A DNA stretch of 64,000 bases, taken from contig OZ076409.1 of NCBI GenBank assembly GCA_964187785.1, forward strand, positions 54,066,001-54,130,000, given 5' to 3'. Source of the stretch: Amphiscolops sp. MND2022 (taxonomy: Eukaryota). Position 1 is the first letter of the stretch. Each line of letters begins with the position of its first letter. Below are positions 51,218 through 62,539 of the stretch, one piece after another. The translations under genes were made by a program, and so were the position numbers. Under the pieces are notes generated by a model. That model was not told the DNA's origin. It worked only from the letters and a program-made list of their open reading frames with translations, and did no database searches.

Positions 51218-51913
51218 ATGGATAACAACAACACTAATCCGAGCCTAAATGAAGGTGAGCCGAATATATCGGAACGATCATCCAGAACAAACAACACTAC
51301 AACATCGTCAGAACGGATGGAGAAAACCAAATACAAAATTCCCATACCATCAGACAGGGAAACAGACCTCACCAAAATCAATCCCAAAATGTGGTGGGAG
51401 CAGATTTCGGAATACATTTGACATATAACCGAAATCTAGAAGAAATTATCGATGAAGGGACAGAATACATGGATCCCCACACAGTCTTTCACATTAAAGG
51501 TGATGTTATTTGGGCACTTGGCCCAAAGGCCAAGCATGAAATCATGAGAGGCCAGTGGGGCCGTGAACTGAAAGAAGTGAATCTTCCCGAATTACGAACC
51601 CTATTCAAGAAAACTTTCCTCCCTGCAAGAAATGTTTTTCATAGCCGGGCACAGTTCTTTAACATGAAGCAAGAAGATAACGAAACACTCGATGAATACT
51701 GGAAGAGACTCGTAGACATCAAGAGAAAGTGCGACTTTGGCAACATCACAGCAGAGGAAATTATTACATACAAATTTGCATCAACAATAAAAGACAAAAA
51801 AGCCCGTGATAAATTCATAAGAGGCCCCCTGAAATTACAACTCGTTCTCGACACGATAGAACTTGATAATTACAACCGAAAGTACGGTGACAAGAGGCCG
51901 AAAAGCAAAAAAA
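51218..51913 (+). pseudogene. gag: gag (capsid region), disrupted by frameshifts near 51415 and at the A7 run 51907-51913
   Basis: ORF 51218-51421 continues in ORF 51391-52104 (FFNMKQEDNETLDEYWKRL..CDFG, retrotransposon gag-like), then shifts to the pol frame before the zinc knuckles. Confidence 0.8.
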
Positions 51914-54900
51914 GCCCGGAAAGATTCATCAAACAGCTCAACATCCACCGAACTGATCGGTCATACCAACCAGCCACGGAAACGCAAAACAAATTTTACC
52001 GAAAAGAAAAAATTTTCAAACCGGGATTGCCGCTTTTGCGGAAAACCAAACTGGTCAATGGAACATATTTGCCCGGCACGGAAGGCCCAATGCAACAATT
52101 GTAAAAAGATGGGACATTTTGCCAAAGTATGCAAATCCAAGACCGTCAGCCGGATAAAAGAAATGGTTTCATCGGACAGCAGTACCGAACCATGGCCGGA
52201 AATCGATCACATTCAGTCCGTCAACGGTGTGAACCGTATTGACTTTTACAAAGCAATCCTATTGGTCCATGGCCAACCAATAGAATTCATCATTGATACA
52301 GGCTCACCCGTAACCATCATACCTCCAATTATCACACCAAAAGACATAAAGAAAACGACAAAAACTTTTGTTGACGTGAATAAAAACCCCATCAAATTCA
52401 AAGGCGAGGCGATGGTCGAAGTGAAAACGGAAAAAAGTAAAGAGACACTACCTATCCTGATCACAGAGAACAAAAACACGCAACCACTGTTGGGATTAGA
52501 CTGGCTGGACAAATTGGAAATTGGATTACAAGGCAGCAAAAAGACAAATGTGATCCGCTATGTGGAAGAAGACGATAGACGAAAAAAAATTATCAGCGAA
52601 CACGAAGACTTATTCAAAAATAACCACACCATAAAAGACCTAACGATTGACATCCAGCTGAAGGAAGATGTAAAGCCCATACAACAAAAGGGACGACCAG
52701 TTCCCATACACTTTCAAAAAAATGTCCGAGATGAACTAGAGAAACTTATCAAATCGGGACACATCGAGAAAGCGGATGAAACCACAGAAAATTGCTTTAT
52801 TTCCCCCGCTGTCATTACCATCGAAAAGGACAAGTCGGTCAAAATTGCTCTGGATTCAAGAAAACTTAACGAGGCATGCATAAAGCGAAAAGCAGCACTG
52901 CCAAATATGGAGGAATTAATCAGCAAAATCTCCGCTAAAATAACTAACGGCGAAGGCGAAATCTGGATGTCTAAGATAGACCTAGATTACGCCTATGGTC
53001 AGGCAAAATTGGCAAAAGAAACAGCCAAACACTGTGTATTTTCAATTATTGGCGGAGACTTCACTGGTCACTATCGCTTCAAGAAAGGCTTTTATGGATT
53101 ATCCGACATCCCAACGGTATTCCAGGAACACATCGACAAGGTGCTAGAATTCAAAACCCCCGTCTGGCTAGATGACATCATCTGCGTGACGAATGGAAGC
53201 ATTGATGATCATGAAAAAGAATTACGAGAAGTCCTGAAGAAATTGCAAAACGCCGGATACCGAGCCAGTGAAAAGAAAACGGAATTGTTCAAAAAAGAAC
53301 TAACCTGGCTCGGCTACTTTATTAATCAGAAAGGCGTAAAACCAATCAAGGACAAGACGGAGGCGATCACGAAATTAGCCGCACCGAAAAACGCGAAGGA
53401 GTTAAAATCCTTCCTTGGATCGATACAACACTTATCCAAATTCATCAATAACTTGTCAAAGAAAACCGACCGAATGAGGAGATTACTCAAAAAGGATGCC
53501 AAATGGGAGTGGACAACAGAAATAGACGATGACTTTGAACAATTGAAGAAGGAAATTACGGAAGCCCCGTGTTTGGCCCACTTCGACCCAAAAAGGGATA
53601 ACTATATCACAACAGACGCTTGCAACACTGGACTGGGAGCGACCCTGTGGCAGAGGGAAGGTATAGTATTCAGGCCCATCGTTTTTGCCAGCAGATTTTT
53701 AACCGATTGCGAAAGAAAATATGCAATAAATGAACTAGAGCTTTTGGGAGCCATATGGGGATTAGAGCACTTCCGATATTACGTTTACGGTAAAAGAGTT
53801 AATTTGCTAACAGACCACCAGGCACTACAACCGTTACTGAAAAAGAATCGGGCACATAAACAATATAGCGCACGGTTGACTCGTTGGCTGGATAGATTGA
53901 GCCACTTCGATGTTAATATTCAATACACGGCCGGCAAAAACATTCCACTTACGGATTACCTAAGCCGTCATCCGATCGTACCGACCGAAATTGCCGAATT
54001 AGAAAACAAAGCGGACGGACAAAACGAAGCGGAAGCCGACGAAGAGTTCGTCGTTAACCAAATATACGGTCTGTTTGAATTCAATCGAGAGCGAGGAAGC
54101 ATAAAGCGATTCACCGAACAACTGAACGCGAGAGAAAATTCCGACCAATCACAGCGCGACAAAATTTCATGCGAACAGAACTCAAACACTCACTTGCTCA
54201 AAACTTCACCGCCGCCAGTTAACATTATCAATCGCGAATCATTAAATTCAAAAATGGACAAAGTCAACGGCATTGACATGAATTTTATTTTCAAGAAAAG
54301 GGGCCACTCCCCAGAAACTAAACGCCTGTGGATCGAAAGAAACCACCTACTAAAGCCGGATCGGACACGAATTGTCGGGAAAGGCAAGGAAAGTGAACGG
54401 ATACAGGAGTATCGACCAAATCAGGCCAGCAGAAAAAGGATCGCAGAGATCAACATCAAAATCTACAACCGCTTCTTCCGATACTGCGAAACACTCGAGA
54501 CGACACCCCTGTTAGAATACCAGCAAAACAACAACGAATCTTGGCTGCAGAATAATCAATCAGATGGAGAAAGCGAGACCAGCCACATCAAACGAGACAA
54601 GTGCCCCACAAACGCTTTAAAGAAATTCAAGAAGCACGAAACTGTAAACTTGATCCGACTTAAACAGACAGCAATAAAAAACACACTCAGCAGCGATCAA
54701 AAGCAAGGCACAGAAGAAGCCATCAAAAGAGCGGAAAAGGATTTCGCGCTAGGTTTTCCACTACTTGTCGACGAAACAGCACGAGATATAAAAATGCTCA
54801 ATGCAATCGCGGCCATCGAAAACCAACAACCGGATAGCATTTTCTATCCCTATCGCCCACACCGGTCACATCTGTCCACGAGATTTGGCCTATTGTTCTA

Positions 54901-56563
54901 CAACGACAGGATAGTGATCCCGGAGAACATGCAGACAACGGTGATAGCCATGTTACATCACGGACACATATCGGCGGGAAAAATGGAAAAATTAGCCGAA
55001 GCCTTCTGGTGGCCAGGAATGAACCGCGAAATCCCCGAGAAAACCGAAACCTGCCCAAGCTGTAGAGCCGCAGGTAAGAATCTTGTTACTCAAATTCCGT
55101 TCACGGAGAAAAACAATTTAGATATTTTAACGGAACCCAATCAAGAAATTCAATTGGATTTCGCCGGTCCAATCAAATCAAAAACACGCGGCGACGTATA
55201 CATTTTAGTAGCAATTGACCGTTTTAGCAAATGGCCGACCGCACATATTTGCAAAAGCGCGGACAAACGGACCGTCAAAAAATTTTTAACTAAATATTTT
55301 ACGGACAACGGGATACCACGGGTTATTCGAACCGATAACGGTAGCTGCTTTAAAAGCATCGAATTCAAACAATTCTGTAAAGATCAAAATATTAAACGTA
55401 TACGGTGCACTCCAAACTTACATACCGGCACCGGTCTGGTCGAACGAGCTATCCGGTCGATTAAATCACTTACACGAGCAAACATGGCAGACGGCTTAAC
55501 CTTTGAAGATAGTGTCCAATTGGCGATAAGAACAATAAGACAAACGCCACACAGCAAATTGAAAATGACACCTTTCCAAATGCACTTAGGTAGAAAACCG
55601 CGCACCGCTCTGATCAATTTAATAGACAAGCCGGAATGTCTACTCTCTAATTGGAAGAGAACGTTGACCAATTACGTTTTAGCCCAACCAACAGAACTAC
55701 AGGTCGTCACTATCAATGATGCAGGAGGAGAACTGGCCGACTACCTGGTGCTAAACGAATCAAAGAAAAAAGGACGTTCGGTAAGCCGGGATTTTAAAAA
55801 CTACCAATTTTTTGAGAAGGAGAATAAACCGAATTCCATGAAATGTGGTTTTAAAACAAATAAGGTTTTAACAGCGGTAGCAGAAACAGGGCATACGGTA
55901 ACTACCTCCGAAGGGAGGGTAATACACAAAAAATTGGCATCAAAACCCCTGAAATTTCAGACACAACGAAAACCTGAAGAACAAAGACGACCAACCAATA
56001 GATGCCGCAGATGCGGAAAATTCAGCAGTGGCGAGTGGTGTGAGACGCACTTACGTCTCGAGACGGCCAGACAGGACAGTAACAACAACGAACCCAGTAC
56101 CAGTCATACCACAATTCCGACCATGCCGTCAAAGAAGCGACCATACAGCCGTGTGGTACTGTACGACTCCTCCAGCAACGATTCCGGACCGACAAATAAT
56201 CAAGCCGATACGACCACCTCAGAAGAGGAAGACGCCGACGACATCACACTCAAGGACATGATCGGCCGAGAAGTCGAACGCATACGGTCGGAAACACCGA
56301 TGCCGTCCTCCCCAATCGGCTGTAGCACGGAGCTGATCCCGCCCGAAGATACAGCACAACCGGACACATCCGGAACGCCAATCCGCAATCAAAGCACTTC
56401 CGGCATAGAAACCGCACCTCAGGATGTCACAGGTAAAATACGGCTAAAACAAAATGCTAACGGGGAAAATAATCCACTAGATTTAACCATAGAACCACGC
56501 AGATCCGAAAGGATAAAAACTGCAAAAAGAACAGTTAAACTAGGCGGTGTTGAATATTTTTAA
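51914..56563 (+). CDS. pol: NC-Pol polyprotein: Cys/His knuckles, aspartic protease, RT, RNase H, integrase
   Basis: Open ~1550 aa: CRFC..H.C / CNNCKKMGHFAKVC, IDTGS, KIDLDYAY, WLDD, TDAC..ELE..TDH..DYLSR, H-H-C-C, and QLDFAG / RTDNG / VER. Confidence 0.93.
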   Translation, partial: ARKDSSNSSTSTELIGHTNQPRKRKTNFTEKKKFSNRDCRFCGKPNWSMEHICPARKAQCNNCKKMGHFAKVCKSKTVSRIKEMVSSDSSTEPWPEIDHIQSVNGVNRIDFYKAILLVHGQPIEFIIDTGSPVTIIPPIITPKDIKKTTKTFVDVNKNPIKFKGEAMVEVKTEKSKETLPILITENKNTQPLLGLDWLDKLEIGLQGSKKTNVIRYVEEDDRRKKIISEHEDLFKNNHTIKDLTIDIQLKEDVKPIQQKGRPVPIHFQKNVRDELEKLIKSGHIEKADETTENCFISPAVITIEKDKSVKIALDSRKLNEACIKRKAALPNMEELISKISAKITNGEGEIWMSKIDLDYAYGQAKLAKETAKHCVFSIIGGDFTGHYRFKKGFYGLSDIPTVFQEHIDKVLEFKTPVWLDDIICVTNGSIDDHEKELREVLKKLQNAGYRASEKKTELFKKELTWLGYFINQKGVKPIKDKTEAITKLAAPKNAKELKSFLGSIQHLSKFINNLSKKTDRMRRLLKKDAKWEWTTEIDDDFEQLKKEITEAPCLAHFDPKRDNYITTDACNTGLGATLWQREGIVFRPIVFASRFLTDCERKYAINELELLGAIWGLEHFRYYVYGKRVNLLTDHQALQPLLKKNRAHKQYSARLTRWLDRLSHFDVNIQYTAGKNIPLTDYLSRHPIVPTEIAELENKADGQNEAEADEEFVVNQIYGLFEFNRERGSIKRFTEQLNARENSDQSQRDKISCEQNSNTHLLKTSPPPVNIINRESLNSKMDKVNGIDMNFIFKKRGHSPETKRLWIERNHLLKPDRTRIVGKGKESERIQEYRPNQASRKRIAEINIKIYNRFFRYCETLETTPLLEYQQNNNESWLQNNQSDGESETSHIKRDKCPTNALKKFKKHETVNLIRLKQTAIKNTLSSDQKQGTEEAIKRAEKDFALGFPLLVDETARDIKMLNAIAAIENQQPDSIFYPYRPHRSHLSTRFGLLFYNDRIVIPENMQTTVIAMLHHGHISAGKMEKLAEAFWWPGMNREIPEKTETCPSCRAAGKNLVTQIPFTEKNNLDILTEPNQEIQLDFAGPIKSKTRGDVYILVAIDRFSKWPTAHICKSADKRTVKKFLTKYFTDNGIPRVIRTDNGSCFKSIEFKQFCKDQNIKRIRCTPNLHTGTGLVERAIRSIKSLTRANMADGLTFEDSVQLAIRTIRQTPHSKLKMTPFQMHLGRKPRTALINLIDKPECLLSNWKRTLTNYVLAQPTELQVVTINDAGGELADYLVLNESKKKGRSVSRDFKNYQFFEKENKPNSMKCGFKTNKVLTAVAETGHTVTTSEGRVIHKKLASKPLKFQTQRKPEEQRRPTNRCRRCGKFSSGEWCETHLRLETARQDSNNNEPSTSHTTIPTMPSKKRPYSRVVLYDSSSNDSGPTNNQADTTTSEEEDADDITLKDMIGREVERIRSETPMPSSPIGCSTELIPPEDTAQPDTSGTPIRNQSTSGIETAPQDVTGKIRLKQNANGENNPLDLTIEPRRSERIKTAKRTVKLGGVEYF

Positions 56564-56692
56564 CAGTGATCCATTTAGGAACTGAGTATACATTCACCAC
56601 TCCGAGGAGATACCCAATTACTCCTTTTCCCCGAATCAAGAACTACCCCCCTCAGCACGACTGGTTTCCCTGAAACGCCACGGAGGAGGGAG

Positions 56693-56911
56693 TGAGACAC
56701 AAGCATCGACATGTGTCAATCCAACAAGTGTCTACGATAAACCTTGGCGAACGATGTGACACAAAACTACCTGCCAATGATCTTATGTTCTGAAGTCATG
56801 TACTTACAAGATAGATACACATATGATGATAAAGTACAGTTGCTTGACATAGTTTATGTTACTTTGAATCATTCCATTTTAATTCACTCTTTGAACTTTT
56901 CCTGACTTACA
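56693..56911 (+). repeat. 3' LTR
   Basis: Preceded directly by the polypurine tract GGAGGAGGGAG (56682-56692). Confidence 0.95.
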
Positions 56912-57929
56912 AGGTGTCATTTCTTTGTTGCACCGTGGAAGATTGCGGCAATAAGGTAAAATCGAGTGATAATTTTAGATTTAAACTCAATATTACAACT
57001 GTTTGCTTAACCAAATTATCATGATTACCCGGGTGATCAGTTATGCAGCCAAAAACTGGAAAAAAATTAAACTCTTGAAAACCTAGATATTAGTGTTTGA
57101 AATATAGTCGGAAATAAAAACTAAGCGCTTTGAAAGTAAACATCAAAGAAAATATAGAATGAAAAGCGCAAATCCAATAACAGTAATTTCACTGACAATA
57201 TGCTTTTGGCCATTCCTTGCCTCGGAAAAATACTATTTTTAGGAAAATGTACAATTAGTGAGGAAATTTCGAAATGAAACAAACAATCTTGATCAAAAGG
57301 CCGCCTGTTGACAATAGTCATTAGTATTAGTGATTTGTTTTAGTTTTGTTCGTAAGTACAGATCGCAGACAACGTGTTATGGTGAATTTTCAAATCAGAT
57401 TAGACTTGAGAAGTCCCTAGAGTACATGCGATAATCCTCCTAAGGGTGACTCTGTTTATGCATAATCAAGGAGACAAATTTGTGAGTTTCCTGTTGCGTG
57501 AGGTTACCTAGAAAAAAAACTAGTTTTCAGATTTGCCGCGGCATTCATTTTAATTAGATTGATTTTTTCACTGTTCCTTTGTAAAACAAAGGCTGGTAGA
57601 ATTTTGTTAAGGTCTAAAACAACTCTAAAACAAAGCAAGCGTGTTTTTACATCTTCCAGTAGGACTTGGTGGATCATCGGTGAGCAGCGGCGGATTGCGA
57701 TTGATTGCCAACCCGGGTTTTCCCCTGAAAATATACTACTTATTAAAGGACATTTCACATAATTTATATGGATATTTTTTTCTAAATTTTGAATATACCA
57801 TACTAACGTTTTTAAAAAACATTTTCAATTTTCGTTTTCTTGAGAAACGAAAAATCTTAGTTTAAGCACGGGAACTTTTTCAATCTTTACTTCAAACTAA
57901 TTATGCCAATATCAATTAGAATACAAAAA

Positions 57930-59209
57930 GTACTTTCCACTTGGACTACCTTACGACCGGACCTGAAAAGCAAGAGTACCTGGGTTCGAGTCCCGCATTA
58001 AACCAGAAAAGTGTCAAGCTTGCAAAGAAAGACTAAAGACCCCCCCCCCCCTTTGTGACGTTTTCAGCATAATGCGACTTTTTCCTGATTTGTTTTAAAA
58101 ACCTGGAGAGCGCCTTCTTTGACACTTAGCAGAAACAAAAAAAAACGTTTCGCAAGCATAGAAGGTACAGTGCGACTTACAGAAAAAATTTTCCTCCGCA
58201 TTTGACAAAAGACGAGTTGGAAGTTCAAAAATATTACGCTATAACCATAATTGACGTTTTATCCGAACAATATTGCGTTTACCTACGGAGCAAACGAAGG
58301 TTCAAAGAAAAGCGCTCTCATTTGTCCCAGCACACTTTTATCCAAATTTTGACGTTAAATCTGAATTAAATTGCGTTTTATTAAGGAGGGGCCGAGGCTC
58401 AAAAAAGCACACTCCAATATGGCGCAGCACGTTATATCCGAACTTTTCACGATATATTCGAAGTAATTCACGTTCTACTAAGGAGTGGTGGAGGTTGCGC
58501 TATATCAGAAATACTGGACTATAATCGAATTTTGTTTTTTGTAGGACCGGTGAATTGAAACATTTCTAAGGACATTTCTATAGCTTTACTTAGTATGATC
58601 TAACTACCACTTGGCTTTGGGGATTAACTCAGACTTTCAGGCCTGGTTACAAGGTCTTAAAAACGGCAGTACGAGAGTTCAAGTCTCAGACTAACCCAAA
58701 AAAATTGTCTCCAACAGTAGAGGGCAGACCAATGTGTCCCCCTTTGGGATTTTTTGGCACTGTGCTACTTTTTTCAGCAGTTTTTTTTCAACCGAAGTGT
58801 CCCCTTTAGTTTTTCAACTAAAACAAAGCGTTTTGCGAGAGTAGAGGGTCACCGTAGGTTTTTCAGCACAATACGACTTACCGATTTTGAAATTCCTGTA
58901 TAAAAACGTTTTCGACTTGTTTTTCAACTTTCCGTTTCATGAAGTCTTCTGTTTCCTAAGGGTAACCTCGCTGATGATTTCTTTGGTTCTGTGAAAATGA
59001 TGCGAGATTTCTCAATAATTTCGGAAATGACTTACGGTATATTTTGACATTGCGAATTTTCCCAAAGTGTACCACTTGCACTTTCATGAATGTTTCCATT
59101 AGAGGGGAAAATGGTTTCTCATAGGTATCTTTTGGGTATCTTCGGCACTGTTAAATTGAACTCATTTGAACCTTGAGCGGGGCCAACTTGGGCCGTTCCT
59201 GGCTTGTTT
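57930..59209 (+). mobile_element. Cluster of degenerate HINE-related copies with tRNA-like modules
   Basis: GGGTTCGAGTCCCGC at 57982-57996, GAGTTCAAGTCTC at ~58675, body motifs, and a degenerate 3' module GGGCCGTTCCTGGCTTGTTT ending at 59209. Confidence 0.55.
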
Positions 59210-59784
59210 GAGCTTATGGGGCTGATGAGTTATCTCAATATTTGTAGAATAAACCTACTGTTTTTCGGTTGTTTGCGACTTTTTATGAATTATTTTCCTT
59301 TTACTAGACGTTCGCGGCAGCGTGTTTTAAATGTTTTCAGTTCAGAAAACGCGTCTTTTGAGCCTAAAAGGTCAGACCTTTAGCTGAAAAATCATAATTT
59401 TGTGTTTTTTGATGTTTTCAGTCGGAAAGTCATTTTCTTTACTCGGAAACATCTTTTCTGTCCTCCTTTGGAAATTTCCTATTGTGACAGTATACGAGAA
59501 ATATCGCAGTGCCACTGTGCCTCTTGTACATCCAAGTTTTTTTTCCAAGGAAACGTTCATTGTGCTCTAATGCACACAATTCTGACAAAAGAGATCCGAG
59601 ATTCAGTCCCGGGTGGTACCATTGTTGTCCTGTTTCAATTTTTAAATTGAATTTTTGGTTTAAATCTTTTTCAAATACATATTTTACAACTGATGGTAAA
59701 AAAGCGATTGATCCATGGGTCCATTGTGAAGAGTGTTTTGAAAGAAAGGATACTATCCAGCTTCAAAAGAAGTAGAAGCATGTT

Positions 59785-60563
59785 TTTATAGTCGGCGCTT
59801 TTTGTTACAAAATGTACCAGACTATCACTTACAATGGCAAGTTTTTTCTCAGACCACAGACCTCACACTGACTAGTCCACTTTTTGAGCCACTTTTATGT
59901 CGCTTGGCCGTCAGTTGGACACGTTAAGATGCGTGCTTCGCAAGCAGGAGGTCGTGTGTTCAAATCCCACTCAGGACTAAAAAGTTTTTCGTTTGTAGAT
60001 CTTGGCGGGATGGAGTGGTTGAACTTTTTTGGCACTGTGCGACTTTTTTTTGAAAAAAGTTCCACATATTTTAGTTTTTAGACGGCGCTTTTCTTAAGAA
60101 AAGAGCCCGACTATTACAGTCACTCGTTTTTTTCTTTAAGACAGACTCGAAGCGACGAACGTTCAGTAACTAAAGGAAACTAAACGAATACCCGGGAAAC
60201 GCAACTAAGGCCCCCTTTGGTTTTTTACTTTTTAAACGTAACCTACAAAACTGGACGCGACTAAAGGGTCCCCCCTTTCGGTTTTCTGGCACTGTGCTAC
60301 TTTTTCTCGAAATATTTGTCTCCATAGGGTCCCTTCTTCGATTTTATTTCAGCCTTAGATATAGCGCCGACTTGAGACGTTCCCGTCTTGTTTGATATTT
60401 TCAGTTACCGAAAAAATGTTTTTCAAGCCCATAAGACACCTTTCCGTTTTTGGTAAACTGAAATCCATGATAATATCCCAGAAAACCACCCTGAGCACAA
60501 TAATGCGACTGCGCGTTTCTAAGCCTTAAGCGAGGCGTTAGGTTGAGACGTTCTCGTGTTGTT
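59785..60563 (+). mobile_element. HINE family A copy with tRNA-like module, containing a second complete copy at 60075-60392
   Basis: Head AGTCGGCGC at 59790; inner head TTTTTAGACGGCGC at 60075 with 3' module AGACG-TTCC-CGTCTTGTT; degenerate outer 3' module at ~60520-60563. Confidence 0.7.
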
Positions 60564-61925
60564 TGTTAATTATCTTGATAACTATCCAAACCAAACCAAA
60601 ATTTCCCTCCTTGAACCAAAATTTCTCTAGGGCGTTTTTTAGAGCAAGATGAAGGGCATTTTATTTTACAAAAATGATTTGACTTGAATTTACATAACAG
60701 GTTTCGGGAGTTTAGTTGGGCAGACGTATTTACACGTGAAATTCCACCAAAGTGGTTTAGGGGTCCATAGGTAATGAATGCACAAAATGACGTCATAGAT
60801 TCCCATGCGTGGTTAATGGTCCATATTTCAGCCTTCTCAGCGGGACCACCAAGTATTGCGTAATTCTCCTTAATTATGTGCTAATCCTTTTCTAACTACT
60901 CCTTCTAAAGATTTTATAACTATTCCACCAAAAACTGTATGTATATTGTTGCGCAGTATAATTAACAAGGCGCAAAACAGAATCTACTATCTCAATTATA
61001 CCATTCAGCAAGTTATTTGGAATTTATGCAAAAAGCGAGCAACATGTGATTCAACAGTAGTCCACTAATTTCACAAAAATGTACTTTAATTGAAAAGTAT
61101 GTATCTGACAGGAGTTTGTATCTAATTCTGTTCGTCTCCTAGACTTGAATTTTCTTGTCAAACCCCCGTTGCTAATGTTTTTGTTACTCTCGTACCTCTA
61201 TTTGTAAACACAACCGGCTGCGGATCAAACTGGGGGTTGTTACACGCTGAACTACCCTCTGCCACCAGACGCCCTGGGCGGAAATGACTGGTTCCGTTTC
61301 GAAAGTACTTGTCATTTATAACAACACAGTCCACGTGAAACAGTCAATCACGTACTTTTTGTACATCTTATCTCAGCACTGTCAATTAAAACACTGATTG
61401 CATTTTTGTAATTCTACTTGTAGTCTGAAACGCGTCATGGCGCTCTGAATGGCTCTCGTGCAGACCTCCCGCAGACACTGGCTGATTCGCTTTTACTAGC
61501 GTTCAAACACTTGATTAGTTAATTTCTGCTCGAACTTTGCTTTAATTATAATTGCTTGAGTTGAGGCTTCAAAATTTTTCTGGTCCCAATTAGACGCTGA
61601 AGAAGAAAGCTCTGCGTTTCGCAGCGGTTTCAAAACTCCAATTACTATCAATTGTGCAGTTTGTCAGCCAATTTGTATCAAAGTTATTTGTCATTATAAC
61701 ATAACTACTGTATTACTCAATTATAAATCAAAATCATGTCTCGTCAAAATACCTCGCAAATACCAATCGGACCTTTTGCTCAATTTCAAATATTTTGTCA
61801 TTAGCTCATTGGCATACGTAATTTTCATTACCAATACTACACATATTACTGCTTCGATTGTTATAAATACACGACCATTAAAAGTTGTAAATTATAACGA
61901 ATCAAAAAAGTTATAACTTTTACAG

Positions 61926-62130
61926 AAGACAGTGTGTCACGTGCGGTTGCCCGTCTTCCGGTCACATGGCGCAACAGGTTCACATGAACAAAGTGATCAA
62001 TCACCTGTTCAACGATGGGGGCATCCAGGCACCCCAGAAGCAATCCATTTCGTCTCTCTCAGACACTGACAGCGGATGTTACGTCATGGAAGATTACGCC
62101 TGGGTACCAGCTGGTCTCAACCCCAAACAG
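61926..62130 (+). CDS. pk: prickle-like exon: second half of the Cys-rich motif (RQCVTCGCPSSGH) and start of the PET domain (SDTDSGCYVMEDYAWVPAGLNPKQ)
   Basis: Acceptor CTTTTACAG ends at 61925. The first base completes the AG-A Arg codon left by the 7521 donor. The peptide resembles Prickle SDDDSGC..EEYAWVPPGL.PEQV. Donor CAG|GTATGC at 62130/62131 (phase 0). The rest of the gene is not seen in the window. Confidence 0.9.
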
Positions 62131-62539
62131 GTATGCTTCAAAACATTTCCCAACTTCTCGAATTTCATATTTCAAAGCTGATTGGTCCCGAGGCAGTCAT
62201 TGCGGTGAGCAAAGTAAGGATTTGAACATCATAAAAACTTTAATTCTCTCTTTTGGTTCTAATGGTTGTGTAATTTGACACCCAAGTTTAGACCCCATGT
62301 AGTCCACCGGTCACGGTCGACATATATGACCTCTTTTGGGCATCGGCCCATTTTTATCTTGTCCAATTTCTCAGCGTAGTTTCTTTTCTCCAACTGTCCA
62401 AAGATGCTTACTAGGGGACACCTAGGGGCTCAAAGGGCTTCTTTCTCTCTCAAAGGGCTTCTCTATTCTCACCAGAAACATCAAAAACCAAAACTTTCCT
62501 GCTTCTTTTCCACCAGAAACCATAAAACCAAATCCAGAA

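Larger units (their letters stand above)
50971..56911 (+). mobile_element. Full-length Ty3/Gypsy LTR retrotransposon (Mag-like)
   Basis: Two 219-bp TG..CA LTRs, 5-bp TSD AGGTG (50966-50970 / 56912-56916), PBS, PPT, and domain order gag-PR-RT-RH-IN. Confidence 0.97.
7522..61925 (+). other. Giant GT-AG intron (~54.4 kb including a 200-N gap) of the prickle-like gene
   Basis: Joining 7521 to 61926 restores the contiguous motif HEWR-RQCVTCGCPSSGH in frame. Confidence 0.8.

Noticed and set aside
51900..51920. Programmed gag-pol ribosomal frameshift
   Set aside because: The shift is +1 in a plain A7 run and lies upstream of the nucleocapsid knuckles, which would leave Gag without NC; a lesion or sequencing error is more likely.
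56564..56692. env-like third ORF in the LTR element
   Set aside because: Only ~130 bp separate the pol stop from the 3' LTR.
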